Positions 19,795 through 28,614 are shown, counted from the first letter of the stretch. The stretch: 64,000 bases of DNA from an uncultured Candidatus Binatia bacterium (GCA_965243735.1 CBDEVZ010000008.1:3700017-3764016), one strand, 5' to 3'. The notes: generated from the sequence alone by a model not told the origin. Translations and numbers: made by a program.

Positions 19795-20082
19795 ATGGGC
19801 ATGCCGACCGATCTGCTCAGCGTGCTGGTCGCGGTGGTGGCTGTTGGGGCAAGCTTAGCTGGAGTGATCCTGACTGGCCTGCACGGGATTCGCAGGGAGA
19901 TGGGCGACCTACGCAGAGAGATGAGCGATCTACGAGGGGAGATGGGTGGCCTGCGAGGAGAGTTGAACGAACTCCGCCGGGATATGGAAACGCGCCTGTC
20001 AACCGTCGAACGCCAGCAGGCGAAGCTCGAAGGATTGCTGGAAGGTCTGCGCGAAGCCATCACCGGGCACAACGCAGCATAA
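19795..20082 (+). CDS. Small membrane-anchored coiled-coil protein with heptad repeats
   Basis: N-terminal hydrophobic helix, then (RREMGDL)(RREMSDL)(RGEMGGL)(RGELNEL) encoded by degenerate 21-nt repeats from 19891. Confidence 0.65.
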   Translation: MGMPTDLLSVLVAVVAVGASLAGVILTGLHGIRREMGDLRREMSDLRGEMGGLRGELNELRRDMETRLSTVERQQAKLEGLLEGLREAITGHNAA

Positions 20083-20200
20083 GCCTCCCCGTGTCCGACC
20101 CCGCATTCCTGCACTGCCCTCTTGGAATGCATTTTCCAGGGGCTCCGCCATCTTGTCCACCAGGAAGTCGGATTACGCCTCTCACTTTGAACGCCGCTCT

Positions 20201-21106
20201 TCAGGCCGAGACCTCACACACCTCACACACCTCACACACCTCAGGATTGTTCTGCTCGGCCAGAACGCGGTCCTCTTCGAACTGATACTGCGGCGTGTCA
20301 TGGCGTTCGACGCGCGTATCGCCGTCGTTTGAGGCCGTCTCTTTCCAGCCGTCCCCGTGTGACCAGCGGAAGGGCAGCCTCTTGATGACGCCCGGCGTCG
20401 TCAGCTCGCTCAAGCCTGCCAGCGCCTGGCGCAGAATGTCTCGCTGCAACTGGGGTTGATGCGGCTCGCCGGTAGTGTGGCCCAGGGGAAAATCGAGAAA
20501 GGCAGCCCTGGGGGGATTCACGGCTTGCATGATGTCAAGCGCGCTGCCCATGCTGAGCGTTGGGATACCGGCAGCCTCGGCGTTGCGGGCGATCAGTCCC
20601 ACGGACTGATGACACACCGGTCAAACCGGGACGAGCAGCGCGGCATCGACGCGTTCGGCCAGCAGGCGCGCGGTCAGCTGCGGGGCCAGCTCGTCGCGCA
20701 CCCGCCGGGAAGAGTAAATCCCGCCCATGAAGGTGTAGGCGTGGTCGGCCAGTTCACCAATCACGCCTTCTTTGACCAGGCCGCGCAGCGTGTCGATGGG
20801 AAACACCACGTTGGCGTCTTTGCGGGCGTCGGTCTGGTCATAGGCGAAGTGGGCTGTTCGGAGATCACTCGTTCTTACGTCGGTGGGAATGGCTCGGAAG
20901 GACAGATCGTCTTTGAAATGGAAGGCGACTTGGCCCTTCATGTACAGCCCGCCGGACGCGATCAAACCCAGACGGCATTCGGACAGCGGCTTGCGCAGCG
21001 GTGTCCACGGCGGGGTGTCGGGGTTGTGGACCCACTTGTACGGCTTATAGCCGAGCTTGGCGTAATTATTGGTGATGCGGGTGATGTAATCGACCGTTTG
21101 CGACAT
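20201..21106 (-). CDS. Selenoprotein of the glycine/sarcosine/betaine/D-proline reductase selenoprotein B (GrdB/PrdB) family, 301 aa with Sec at the UGA at 20621-20623
   Basis: ORF-track pieces 20621-21280 and 20201-20617 are in the same frame and separated only by TGA and one Pro codon, reading '...DAALLVPV-U-PVCHQSVGLIARNAEAAGIPT...'. N-terminal 'PWTPLRKPLSECRLGLIASGG' and 'DANVVFPIDTLRGL' match the GRDB-like domain. Confidence 0.88.
20211..20243. repeat. 9-bp tandem repeat (acctcacac) x3 plus a partial copy, encoding EVC-EVC-EVC-EV
   Basis: Exact copies at 20211, 20220 and 20229, partial copy at 20238. Confidence 0.9.
20592..20610 (-). promoter_or_regulatory. Candidate bacterial SECIS hairpin
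   Basis: mRNA UGA-ccgguguguc-AUCAGUCC-gug-GGACUGAU: a perfect 8-bp stem whose G-starting apical loop begins 18 nt after the UGA. Confidence 0.7.
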
Positions 21107-21236
21107 GGCGTCCTCCGAGCGGCCTAGCTTGACGACTTTTGTGACGGAATGCAACGGCAGGCATGCTTGCACGGCTGTCGAGAACCGGCTAGGCTCCCGG
21201 CGTTCGGCACCCAACGACGACCAGGAGGGCACGCGC

Positions 21237-22085
21237 ATGAAATTTGGACTTTTTGGCATCAATATGGGCATCGCCAGCAACCCAGACGTAGCCGTGCGGG
21301 TTGCCCAGGCGGCCGAAGCGGCCGGTTTTGAGTCGGTCTGGACCGGTGAGCATGTGGTCCTGCCCGACCCCCAGGCTCCGCCCTCCCCGCTTCCGCCCCA
21401 CCACCCGATGCTCGACCCGAGTGTAGCCCTGGCCTTTATTGCCGGTCAGACCCAAACGGTCAGGCTCGGCACCGGCATCATCATTCTGCCCCAGCGCAAC
21501 CCCCTGGTGCTGGCCAAAGAACTGGCCAGTCTGGACGTGGTGTCCGGCGGGCGCCTGATCTTTGGCTTGGGTATCGGCTATCTCAAGCCGGAGTTTGACG
21601 CGCTGGGGATTCCGTTCAGCCACAAAGGGCCGCGGTCGATTGATTATCTGGAGGCCATGAAGGCTGTCTGGACCCAGGACAAGCCTGCCCACCAGGGGGA
21701 TTTTGTCTCGTTTGGTGATATTCAGGCTCACCCCCAACCGGTCCAGAAGCCCCACCCGCCGGTGGTCTTTGGCGGCCATACCCCGCAGGCCTACGAACGC
21801 AGCGTGCAGCACGGCAACGGCTGGTTCGGCTTTGCCCTCGATGTCGAGGCCACGGCAAAATGTCTGGAAGGGCTCAAACACGCCGCCCAGCAGGTCGAGC
21901 GTCCGGCCGAGTTGGGCAGCCTGGAAATCAGCGTCACGCCCAAGGGCCGGCTCGATACCGACACGGTCAAACGCTTTGCCGACCTCGGCGTAGACCGGCT
22001 GATTCCGTTCAAAGCCGCCAAGACCGAGGCGGACTGGATCGACTACGCCAAGCAGACGGGTGATGAGTTGATTGGTAGGAGCTGA
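21237..22085 (+). CDS. LLM-class putative F420-dependent oxidoreductase (Rv2161c-like)
   Basis: 'AEAAGFESVWTGEHVVLP', 'LGTGIIILPQRNPLVLAKELASLDVVSGGRLIFGLGIG'. GGAGG upstream of the ATG at 21237. Confidence 0.9.
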   Translation: MKFGLFGINMGIASNPDVAVRVAQAAEAAGFESVWTGEHVVLPDPQAPPSPLPPHHPMLDPSVALAFIAGQTQTVRLGTGIIILPQRNPLVLAKELASLDVVSGGRLIFGLGIGYLKPEFDALGIPFSHKGPRSIDYLEAMKAVWTQDKPAHQGDFVSFGDIQAHPQPVQKPHPPVVFGGHTPQAYERSVQHGNGWFGFALDVEATAKCLEGLKHAAQQVERPAELGSLEISVTPKGRLDTDTVKRFADLGVDRLIPFKAAKTEADWIDYAKQTGDELIGRS

Positions 22086-22106
22086 AAAAGCCGGGAGGGG
22101 CTCGTC

Positions 22107-22901
22107 TCACCCTTCGTTTGAGAAGGTGGCGAGGACCGGGGCGTGATCCGACGCCCCTTTGCCTTTGCGCGCCTGGCGGTCGATCTGCACCCCGGTGCAG
22201 CGCCGGACCAGGGTCCGGGTCACCAGAATATGGTCGATACGCAGCCCCTGATTCTTCTGAAAGGCGAGCTGCCGATAGTCCCACCAGCTGTACAGTTTGC
22301 CCGCGTCGTGGTGGAGACGGAAGGTATCGACCAGTCCCCAGTCGCACAGCCTGCGGAAGGCGTCCCGGACACCGGGCTCGCACAGTACAGTCTCGGCCCA
22401 GGCGGTCGGCTCACACACGTCACGATCCTCAGGTGCGATATTCAGATCGCCGCACAAGACCAGCGGCTGGTCGGGATCGCAGTCTCGCTCCAGATGGCGC
22501 TGGAGCCGGTCGAGCCAGGCCAGCTTGTAGGTGTACTTGTCGCTACCAACGACCTGACCGTTTGGCACATAGACGCAGATGATCCGCAGGTCGGCGAGTT
22601 GGGCCGACAGAAAACGGGCTTCGGGTTCGTCGTCATCGTCGTCAAAACGCCGGGTGATATCGCTTGGCTCGGCGCGGGAGAGCAGGGCCACCCCGTTATA
22701 CGTCTTTTGCCCGCAGGTGGTGACTCGGTAGCCTAGGGCCTCAAAATCAGCCCGGGGAAACGCCTCGTCAGTCACTTTTGTCTCTTGCAGACACAGCACC
22801 TCGGGCTGATGGGTCTCCAGCCAGGCCAGCGTCCGGTCTTTGCGGGCGCGGATGGAATTGACGTTCCAGGTTGCAATAGACGTAGGAAGCGACGCTGGCA
22901 T
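22107..22901 (-). CDS. xth: Exodeoxyribonuclease III (AP endonuclease)
   Basis: 'ATWNVNSIRAR', 'LCLQETK', 'CGDLNIAP', 'GLRIDHIL', 'SDHAPV'. Confidence 0.94.
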   Translation of the reverse strand: MPASLPTSIATWNVNSIRARKDRTLAWLETHQPEVLCLQETKVTDEAFPRADFEALGYRVTTCGQKTYNGVALLSRAEPSDITRRFDDDDDEPEARFLSAQLADLRIICVYVPNGQVVGSDKYTYKLAWLDRLQRHLERDCDPDQPLVLCGDLNIAPEDRDVCEPTAWAETVLCEPGVRDAFRRLCDWGLVDTFRLHHDAGKLYSWWDYRQLAFQKNQGLRIDHILVTRTLVRRCTGVQIDRQARKGKGASDHAPVLATFSNEG

Positions 22902-23006
22902 GGATCAGGCAGGTGGCCAGATATCAGCGTCTTGCCCGTCGGACAGAGTCAGACCAGCGCCGACTGTGGTGAGGTATAATGACACGGCAAAAGCGTGGGG
23001 AGCCAC

Positions 23007-24623
23007 CTAGGACGGCGTCTCTACTGCCTCGTGGTCGGGCTGAAGGGCCGGCAGCGGGGTCCCATGGGCACCGATCCGGCCATAGGTGAGTCCAGCCAGT
23101 GCGGGCACGGTCGCGCTCAGCTCGGCGAAGACCTCACTGATTGATACGCTATCCGGGCCGCCGAATTGAGTACTGAGCAGCGCCAGGGCCTCCCAGCCTG
23201 TCTTGACTTCGCCCGGCGGGGGAAAAGCCTGGCGCAGGCGTTGAATCCGACCGGCGTAGTTGATGCAGCTGCCGTCGGTCTCGGGAGCCGTAGCGATCGG
23301 CAAGACCAGGTCCGCATACTCGGTCGTGTCAGTGTAGTCGGTATCCAGCAGGATAACCGTGGCCTGGCCCAGAGCGGCGTCGACCACGGCCTGGCCCAGG
23401 GCAGCCACGAGGTCAACACCAAAGACGAACAAGACCTGAATCTGCCCCTGGCCAACGGCGCTCAGGATTTGTCCGGCCTCGCCCCCCCCATTCAGCAGGC
23501 CCAGCGTTTTGAGGCCGCGGGTGTTGGGGTTCTTGTCGGCCCGGATCAGCAGGTCGTCGTGAGGCGCGTTGTCGGGCGACCAGGACAGGCCAACAGCCTG
23601 TTGGCTGCCCAGCTGCTGGTTGAGAATGCGCGACAACAGATAGGCTTCTTCGTTGCTGGCCTTGGCTCCGATGATGGCCGCGACTGCGTCCTGACCGTGC
23701 TCGGCCTGAGCGTGTCGAACCGTCTCAACCAATCGCTGGACAGCCTCATCCCAGGAGGCCTGACGGAAGGCGGTCTCAGCCCGGACCAGGGGGTGCAGGA
23801 TACGGCTCTCGTGTTGAAACGCCCGGTACGACAGTCGGCCCTCGTCGCACATCCAGAACTCGTTGACCTCCATATTCTGGCGCGGCCGAAACCGGTACAT
23901 CTGACCGCGCCGGTGGTAGATGTCGATATTGCAGCCGGTCTCACACCGGGTGCAGATCGACTCGGTCTTCTCCAGGTACCAGACGCGTGCCTTGAAGCGA
24001 AAATCCTTGGCCGTCAGGGCGCCGACCGGACACACGTCAACGACATTCATGGAGTAGGGATTGTCCAGCGTTTTGCCCGGAAACAGGTCGATATTGCAGT
24101 GGTCGCTCCGGTCAAAAATCCCCAGCTCGCCGGTCTCGGTGACTTCATCCAGAAAACGGGTACAGCGGGCGCACAGAATACAGCGCTCCTGGTCGAGCAT
24201 GACCTGGGGACCTATCTCGACCGCCTTGTCTTTCTCGACCTTGGCCTCAATCGGCATCTGGCTCTTATACGCCCCGTAGTCCATGTAGTAGTCTTGCAGC
24301 TTGCACTCGCCGGCCTGGTCACAGATGGGGCAGTCAACCGGGTGATTGATCAGGATGAACTCCAACACCGCAGACTGGGCGGCCTTGACCTTGGGGCTGG
24401 TAGTGTGGATGACCATGCCGTCATTCACCCGCGTATTGCAGGCAATTTGCAGCTTGGGCATCTTCTCGATTTCGACCAGGCACATCCGGCAGTTGCCCGA
24501 GATGCTGAGGCCCGGGTGGTAGCAGTAGTGCGGCACCTCTATCCCCAGGCGCTCGGCCGCCTGGATGATATTGAGCCCACCCTCGACCGTAATCTCCCGC
24601 CCGTCAATCTCAATCTTTGGCAT
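23007..24623 (-). CDS. nuoG: NADH-quinone oxidoreductase subunit G-like Fe-S protein
   Basis: 2Fe-2S 'CYH...GNCRMCLV', 'HPVDCPICDQAGEC', 'CILCARC', and N7-type 'CTRCETGC...WMCDEG'. Confidence 0.88.
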   Translation of the reverse strand: MPKIEIDGREITVEGGLNIIQAAERLGIEVPHYCYHPGLSISGNCRMCLVEIEKMPKLQIACNTRVNDGMVIHTTSPKVKAAQSAVLEFILINHPVDCPICDQAGECKLQDYYMDYGAYKSQMPIEAKVEKDKAVEIGPQVMLDQERCILCARCTRFLDEVTETGELGIFDRSDHCNIDLFPGKTLDNPYSMNVVDVCPVGALTAKDFRFKARVWYLEKTESICTRCETGCNIDIYHRRGQMYRFRPRQNMEVNEFWMCDEGRLSYRAFQHESRILHPLVRAETAFRQASWDEAVQRLVETVRHAQAEHGQDAVAAIIGAKASNEEAYLLSRILNQQLGSQQAVGLSWSPDNAPHDDLLIRADKNPNTRGLKTLGLLNGGGEAGQILSAVGQGQIQVLFVFGVDLVAALGQAVVDAALGQATVILLDTDYTDTTEYADLVLPIATAPETDGSCINYAGRIQRLRQAFPPPGEVKTGWEALALLSTQFGGPDSVSISEVFAELSATVPALAGLTYGRIGAHGTPLPALQPDHEAVETPS

Positions 24624-24630
24624 ACGAACC

Positions 24631-25926
24631 TCACGCAGCCTGGGGCTGGCTATCGGCCTTTTTGCGCAGCGAACAGCCGCCCTCGGTGATGTGGGCCACG
24701 AATTCGTCGCGGAATTTACTCAGATAGCTCTGGGTCGGCATGGCTGCAGCGTCGGCCAGCACACACACGGTGTTGCCGGTCATGTTGGTGCAGATCCGGT
24801 CAATCAGGTCGATATCGTCGGGCTGACCGTTGCCCTCTTCGAGGCGGACCAGCAGCTTGTGCAGCCAGCCGGTGCCCTCTCGGCACGGCGAACACTGGCC
24901 GCACGACTCGTGGTGGTAGAAGCGGTCGATGATTTTGAGCGCCTGGACCATACAGGTGTCTTCGTCCATGACGATGATCCCGGCCGTGCCCAGAAAGGCA
25001 CCGATCGCCCGCATGGAATCGAAGTCCATGTTGACGTCGATCTCGTCTGGAGTGAGGATGGGAAATGACGAGCCGCCCGGCATCACGGCTTTCAGTTTCT
25101 TTCCACCCAGAATGCCCCCGGCGTAGTCATAAATGACCTCGCGTAGCGGCATGCCCATCGGCAGCTCGTACAGCCCCGGCTTTTCAACGTGGCCGCTGAC
25201 ACAGTAGATCTTGGGACCCGGACCGGTCTCCGGACCGATGGCCTTAAACCACTCCGGGCCGTGCCCGATGATGGACGGCACACAGGCCAGGGTTTCGACA
25301 TTCTGGACAATCGTCGGGCAGCCGAACAGGCCGTACACCGCAGGAAAAGGCGGTTTGATGCGCGGATAGGCGCGCTTGCCTTCGAGGGACTGGATCAGGC
25401 CGGTCTCCTCGCCGCAGATATAGGCTCCCGCCCCACGGTGCACGTACACGTCAAGGTCAAAGCCGCTGCCACAGATGTCTTTGCCCAAAAAGCCACGGGC
25501 ATAGGCCGCCTCAATCGCCTCGTGGAGGCGTTTGGCGCCGAGGGCAAATTCTCCCCGGATGTAGATATAGGCCGTGTGGGCGTTGATGGCGTAGGCGGAG
25601 ATCAGAATGCCTTCGAGCAGGACGTGAGTGTTCCACTCAATGAGCGCACGGTCCTTGAAGGTTCCCGGCTCGCTCTCATCCGCATTGGCGCACAGGTAGA
25701 CCGGTTTGTCCGAGTCTTTCGGCAAAAACCCCCACTTCATGCCGGCCACAAACCCGGCCCCGCCCCGGCCGCGCAGATTGGAGTCTTTGACCTGGGCGGT
25801 GACATCTTGCGGTGTAAGCGTGGTCAGGGCTTTTTTGGCCGCTTCATAACCGCCGTGTTTGAGGTAGACATCAAGCTTACGAATGTCGGGAACATCGAGG
25901 TGGCGCAGGAGTACTCGGTCAGCCAT
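24631..25926 (-). CDS. nuoF: NADH-quinone oxidoreductase subunit F
   Basis: 'LRGRGGAGF', 'NADESEPGTFKDR', 'GAGAYICGEET', 'ESCGQCSPCREG', 'CVL'. Confidence 0.94.
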   Translation of the reverse strand: MADRVLLRHLDVPDIRKLDVYLKHGGYEAAKKALTTLTPQDVTAQVKDSNLRGRGGAGFVAGMKWGFLPKDSDKPVYLCANADESEPGTFKDRALIEWNTHVLLEGILISAYAINAHTAYIYIRGEFALGAKRLHEAIEAAYARGFLGKDICGSGFDLDVYVHRGAGAYICGEETGLIQSLEGKRAYPRIKPPFPAVYGLFGCPTIVQNVETLACVPSIIGHGPEWFKAIGPETGPGPKIYCVSGHVEKPGLYELPMGMPLREVIYDYAGGILGGKKLKAVMPGGSSFPILTPDEIDVNMDFDSMRAIGAFLGTAGIIVMDEDTCMVQALKIIDRFYHHESCGQCSPCREGTGWLHKLLVRLEEGNGQPDDIDLIDRICTNMTGNTVCVLADAAAMPTQSYLSKFRDEFVAHITEGGCSLRKKADSQPQAA

Positions 25927-26100
25927 GCTTTTCGCCTCGCTTTACTCAGGTGCGGGAAATCGGCAGCCGCGTGGACCGACTACAGATTCGGTCTCTCGGG
26001 CGTCGTGGGGAGGATAGCCGCCCCGGTTTTCGGTGTCAACGGAGGAGGGCGGTCCCCGGCATTTACATTTTGCCCCGCCTCTGGTTTAACAGCCGGCCAG

Positions 26101-26667
26101 ATGATCGAACAGCTCACCCTGTGGCTCCACCTGCTGGCCATGACCGTTTTTGTGGGCAGCGCCGTCACCGTGCTAGTCGTCCTGCTACCGATGGCCGACC
26201 GGATTCCCTCGTCGGCGGACAAACAGAAATTTCTGGCCCAGGGACTGAAAGCCTACAACCCGCTCAGCATCGGTGCGCTGGGCCTGATTATCATGACCGG
26301 AGCGTTCAACCTGACCGCGTATAAGCAGCAACTCGGCCCACAATTCTTTGCCCTGCTGGGCGGTGTACTGGGTCTGAAGCTGCTGCTCGTCTTTGTTCTG
26401 ATTCTGATCAGTACCTCGGCCACGATCGGCATGGGGCATCGCCTGGTTCGCACCGAACTGCGGGGCGAGACCTTCGATCCGGCAAAGCTGCCCGGTCTGA
26501 TCAGACGCGTGCAGCTGTTCACCGTCCTGACCGTAGCCTTGAGCGCGGCGGTGGTGTGGGTATCGATGGAGATGAGCGAGCGGACCGAGACCGCGACGGC
26601 CGGAGTGTCGCAGACGCCGCTCCCTCGGTCGGCGGAGCCGGACAGCGAGGCACCCGACCAGGATTAG
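26101..26667 (+). CDS. CopD/DUF4149-like membrane protein
   Basis: C-terminal part of ORF 25189-26667 from the ATG at 26101; 'WLHLLAMTVFVGS' and four hydrophobic helices including 'LGLKLLLVFVL'. Confidence 0.65.
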   Translation: MIEQLTLWLHLLAMTVFVGSAVTVLVVLLPMADRIPSSADKQKFLAQGLKAYNPLSIGALGLIIMTGAFNLTAYKQQLGPQFFALLGGVLGLKLLLVFVLILISTSATIGMGHRLVRTELRGETFDPAKLPGLIRRVQLFTVLTVALSAAVVWVSMEMSERTETATAGVSQTPLPRSAEPDSEAPDQD

Positions 26668-26702
26668 GCCCGCCTCCGGCTCTCCGGCCATCCGGGTCGG
26701 TC

Positions 26703-27524
26703 TCAGGAGCCGGACCAGCGCGGCGGTCGCTTTTCCACAAAAGCCGCCACCCCTTCGGCGTAGTCGGCCTGGGTGGTCATGTCTCGAATCAGGCTGCCAG
26801 CGCTGTCAACGGCCGATTTTGCGTCGCGGTGCAGGTCGGTATAAATCTGCCGCTTTGTTTCCCGCAGCGAGCCGGGAGACACCGTGGCGATCAGGTTTTG
26901 GACATACGCGTAGGTGTGGGGCAGTAGCTCATCGGGCGCCAGGACGGCGTTGACGAGTCCCATCGCATACGCCTCGTCGGCCAAGAACACGCGGCTCGAC
27001 AGCAACACATCGTTGGCCCGGGTCAGGCCGATCAAACGCGGCAACAGCCACGACAGACCGAACTCAGCGGGCAGGTTGAGTTTGCCGTGGGCCGTCGTCA
27101 GCTTGGCTCCGGTCACGGCAAAACGCAGATCGGCATAACAGGCCAGGACCAGACCCACCCCGGCGGCCGCACCGTTGATGGCCGCGATGACTGGCTTGCT
27201 CAGGCCGAACTGGTAGGCGAAATCCGCGTCAAACTCCGGCCGCACGCCATAGCCGGGCCGGGCCATCTCCTGCGGCGTGCCTGGATCGTAGCCGCCCTTG
27301 TCCACATGGCCCTCCAGGGCCCGAGAGTCGGCGCCGACACAAAACGTGTCGCCGGCTCCGGTCACGACAATCGCCCCCACCGTGGGGTCGTGCTCGGCCT
27401 GCTCCAGCGCCCAGCGATATTCGGCGTGCATCCGTCCGGTCCACGAGTTCCGGCGCTGCGGACGGTTCAGGGTCAGCGTCGCAATCCCGTCGGTGACCCG
27501 GTAGAGAATAACTTTCAGTTCCAT
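26703..27524 (-). CDS. Enoyl-CoA hydratase/isomerase family protein
   Basis: True start MELKVILYRV at 27524; 'LNRPQRRN', 'FCVGAD', 'KPVIAAINGAAAGVG', 'FVEKRPPRW'. Confidence 0.9.
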   Translation of the reverse strand: MELKVILYRVTDGIATLTLNRPQRRNSWTGRMHAEYRWALEQAEHDPTVGAIVVTGAGDTFCVGADSRALEGHVDKGGYDPGTPQEMARPGYGVRPEFDADFAYQFGLSKPVIAAINGAAAGVGLVLACYADLRFAVTGAKLTTAHGKLNLPAEFGLSWLLPRLIGLTRANDVLLSSRVFLADEAYAMGLVNAVLAPDELLPHTYAYVQNLIATVSPGSLRETKRQIYTDLHRDAKSAVDSAGSLIRDMTTQADYAEGVAAFVEKRPPRWSGS

Positions 27525-27555
27525 GTGTGTTTCCTGTCGTCCGCCAACAGGCGGC

Positions 27556-28614
27556 TCAGACGTCGAGGGCCAACAGCTCGCCCAGGTGCTGATCAATCTG
27601 CTGGAGATAGGCCGGCTCCAGCCCGAACAGTCCCAGGTGGCCGTACATGCTGTGGAGCACCCGAAACTCGCTGTTGGGAATGAGCTTGTGCTCGGCTTCG
27701 CAGTCGCGCGGCGGAAAGAACATGTCTTCGTCAATGGGCAGGACAAAGACCTTGGCCGTGATGCGGGCCAGAGCCTGAGCCAGATCGCCGCCGGTGTGGC
27801 GGCTGACATCACCGCGCTGCCACTTCCAGGCCATGCACAACAGATTGTTGGGGTCCATGGGCAGAAAGTAGTTTTCGACAAAGCCGACGATAAAGTCTTC
27901 AAGCGAGGAGAACCCCAGCTCCCGCCAGGTCTCCTGCTTGAACATCTCGGTACAGAAACCCATCACCCCCCACAGCCGGGCGTGTCGCCGCAGGCCCAGG
28001 TGCACGGCGTGCGGGTCGGTGTACCAACCCGCATTCCAGGCCGGGTCCGAGGTAATGGCCTCGGTCAGCGTCTCGACAAACAGAAAGTCATGCGGGGTGT
28101 TTTTGGCCGTACCGGCCAGGGGGGCGGCGCGTTTGACCATGTCTGGATAGCGCACCGCCCACTCGTAGGTCTGCTGCGCGCCCATCGAGCCGCCACACAC
28201 CAGTTCCAGCCGCTCAATCCCGAACTGCTCGGTCACCAGCTTGTGCTGGGCACGCACGTCATCGCCAATCCGGATACGCGGGAAACGGGCCATGTTGAAC
28301 GGGGCGGGCGTATTGGTCGGCGAACTCGACAGGCCGTTGCCGAGCTGGTTGGCGATGATGACAAAATACCGGTCCGGGTCAATCGCCCGGTCCGGCCCAA
28401 CGTGCACATCGGCCATGATCTTGCTCGTGCCCGAGTACCAGGTCGGCAACAAAACGGCATTACTCTTGTCCGCGTTCAGCGTGCCGAGCGTGGTGTAGGC
28501 GAGGTGGCCGGCGTGAAGCGTGCCACCTTCTTCCAGTCCGAAGTCCCCCAGCTGGAAAAGCTGGAAAGGACCGTGCTTGTCCTGGGAGTAGTAGGAGTTG
28601 AACAGCTCAGACAT
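27556..28614 (-). CDS. Homoserine acetyltransferase (MetX)-like alpha/beta hydrolase, non-canonical subfamily
   Basis: 'GGSMGAQQ' nucleophile, Asp in 'PIDEDMFFP', His in 'YGHLG'. Has 'PTWYSG' where true MetX has HALTG. Confidence 0.75.
   Translation of the reverse strand: MSELFNSYYSQDKHGPFQLFQLGDFGLEEGGTLHAGHLAYTTLGTLNADKSNAVLLPTWYSGTSKIMADVHVGPDRAIDPDRYFVIIANQLGNGLSSSPTNTPAPFNMARFPRIRIGDDVRAQHKLVTEQFGIERLELVCGGSMGAQQTYEWAVRYPDMVKRAAPLAGTAKNTPHDFLFVETLTEAITSDPAWNAGWYTDPHAVHLGLRRHARLWGVMGFCTEMFKQETWRELGFSSLEDFIVGFVENYFLPMDPNNLLCMAWKWQRGDVSRHTGGDLAQALARITAKVFVLPIDEDMFFPPRDCEAEHKLIPNSEFRVLHSMYGHLGLFGLEPAYLQQIDQHLGELLALDV

Noticed and set aside
20201-21280. Pseudogene or nonsense-mutation reading of the split GrdB-like ORF
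   Set aside because: The stop is a UGA exactly in the catalytic UxxC position and is followed by a SECIS-like hairpin; Sec recoding is the simpler explanation.
22975-22980. Perfect TATAAT in the xth-nuoG spacer pointing antisense into nuoG
   Set aside because: No recognisable -35 or extended -10 TG at proper spacing; a single hexamer is insufficient evidence.
26703-27902. 399-aa ORF suggesting an N-terminal extension or fusion on the enoyl-CoA hydratase
   Set aside because: The first part overlaps the MetX-like gene in another frame; the real start is at 27524 after an AGGA RBS.
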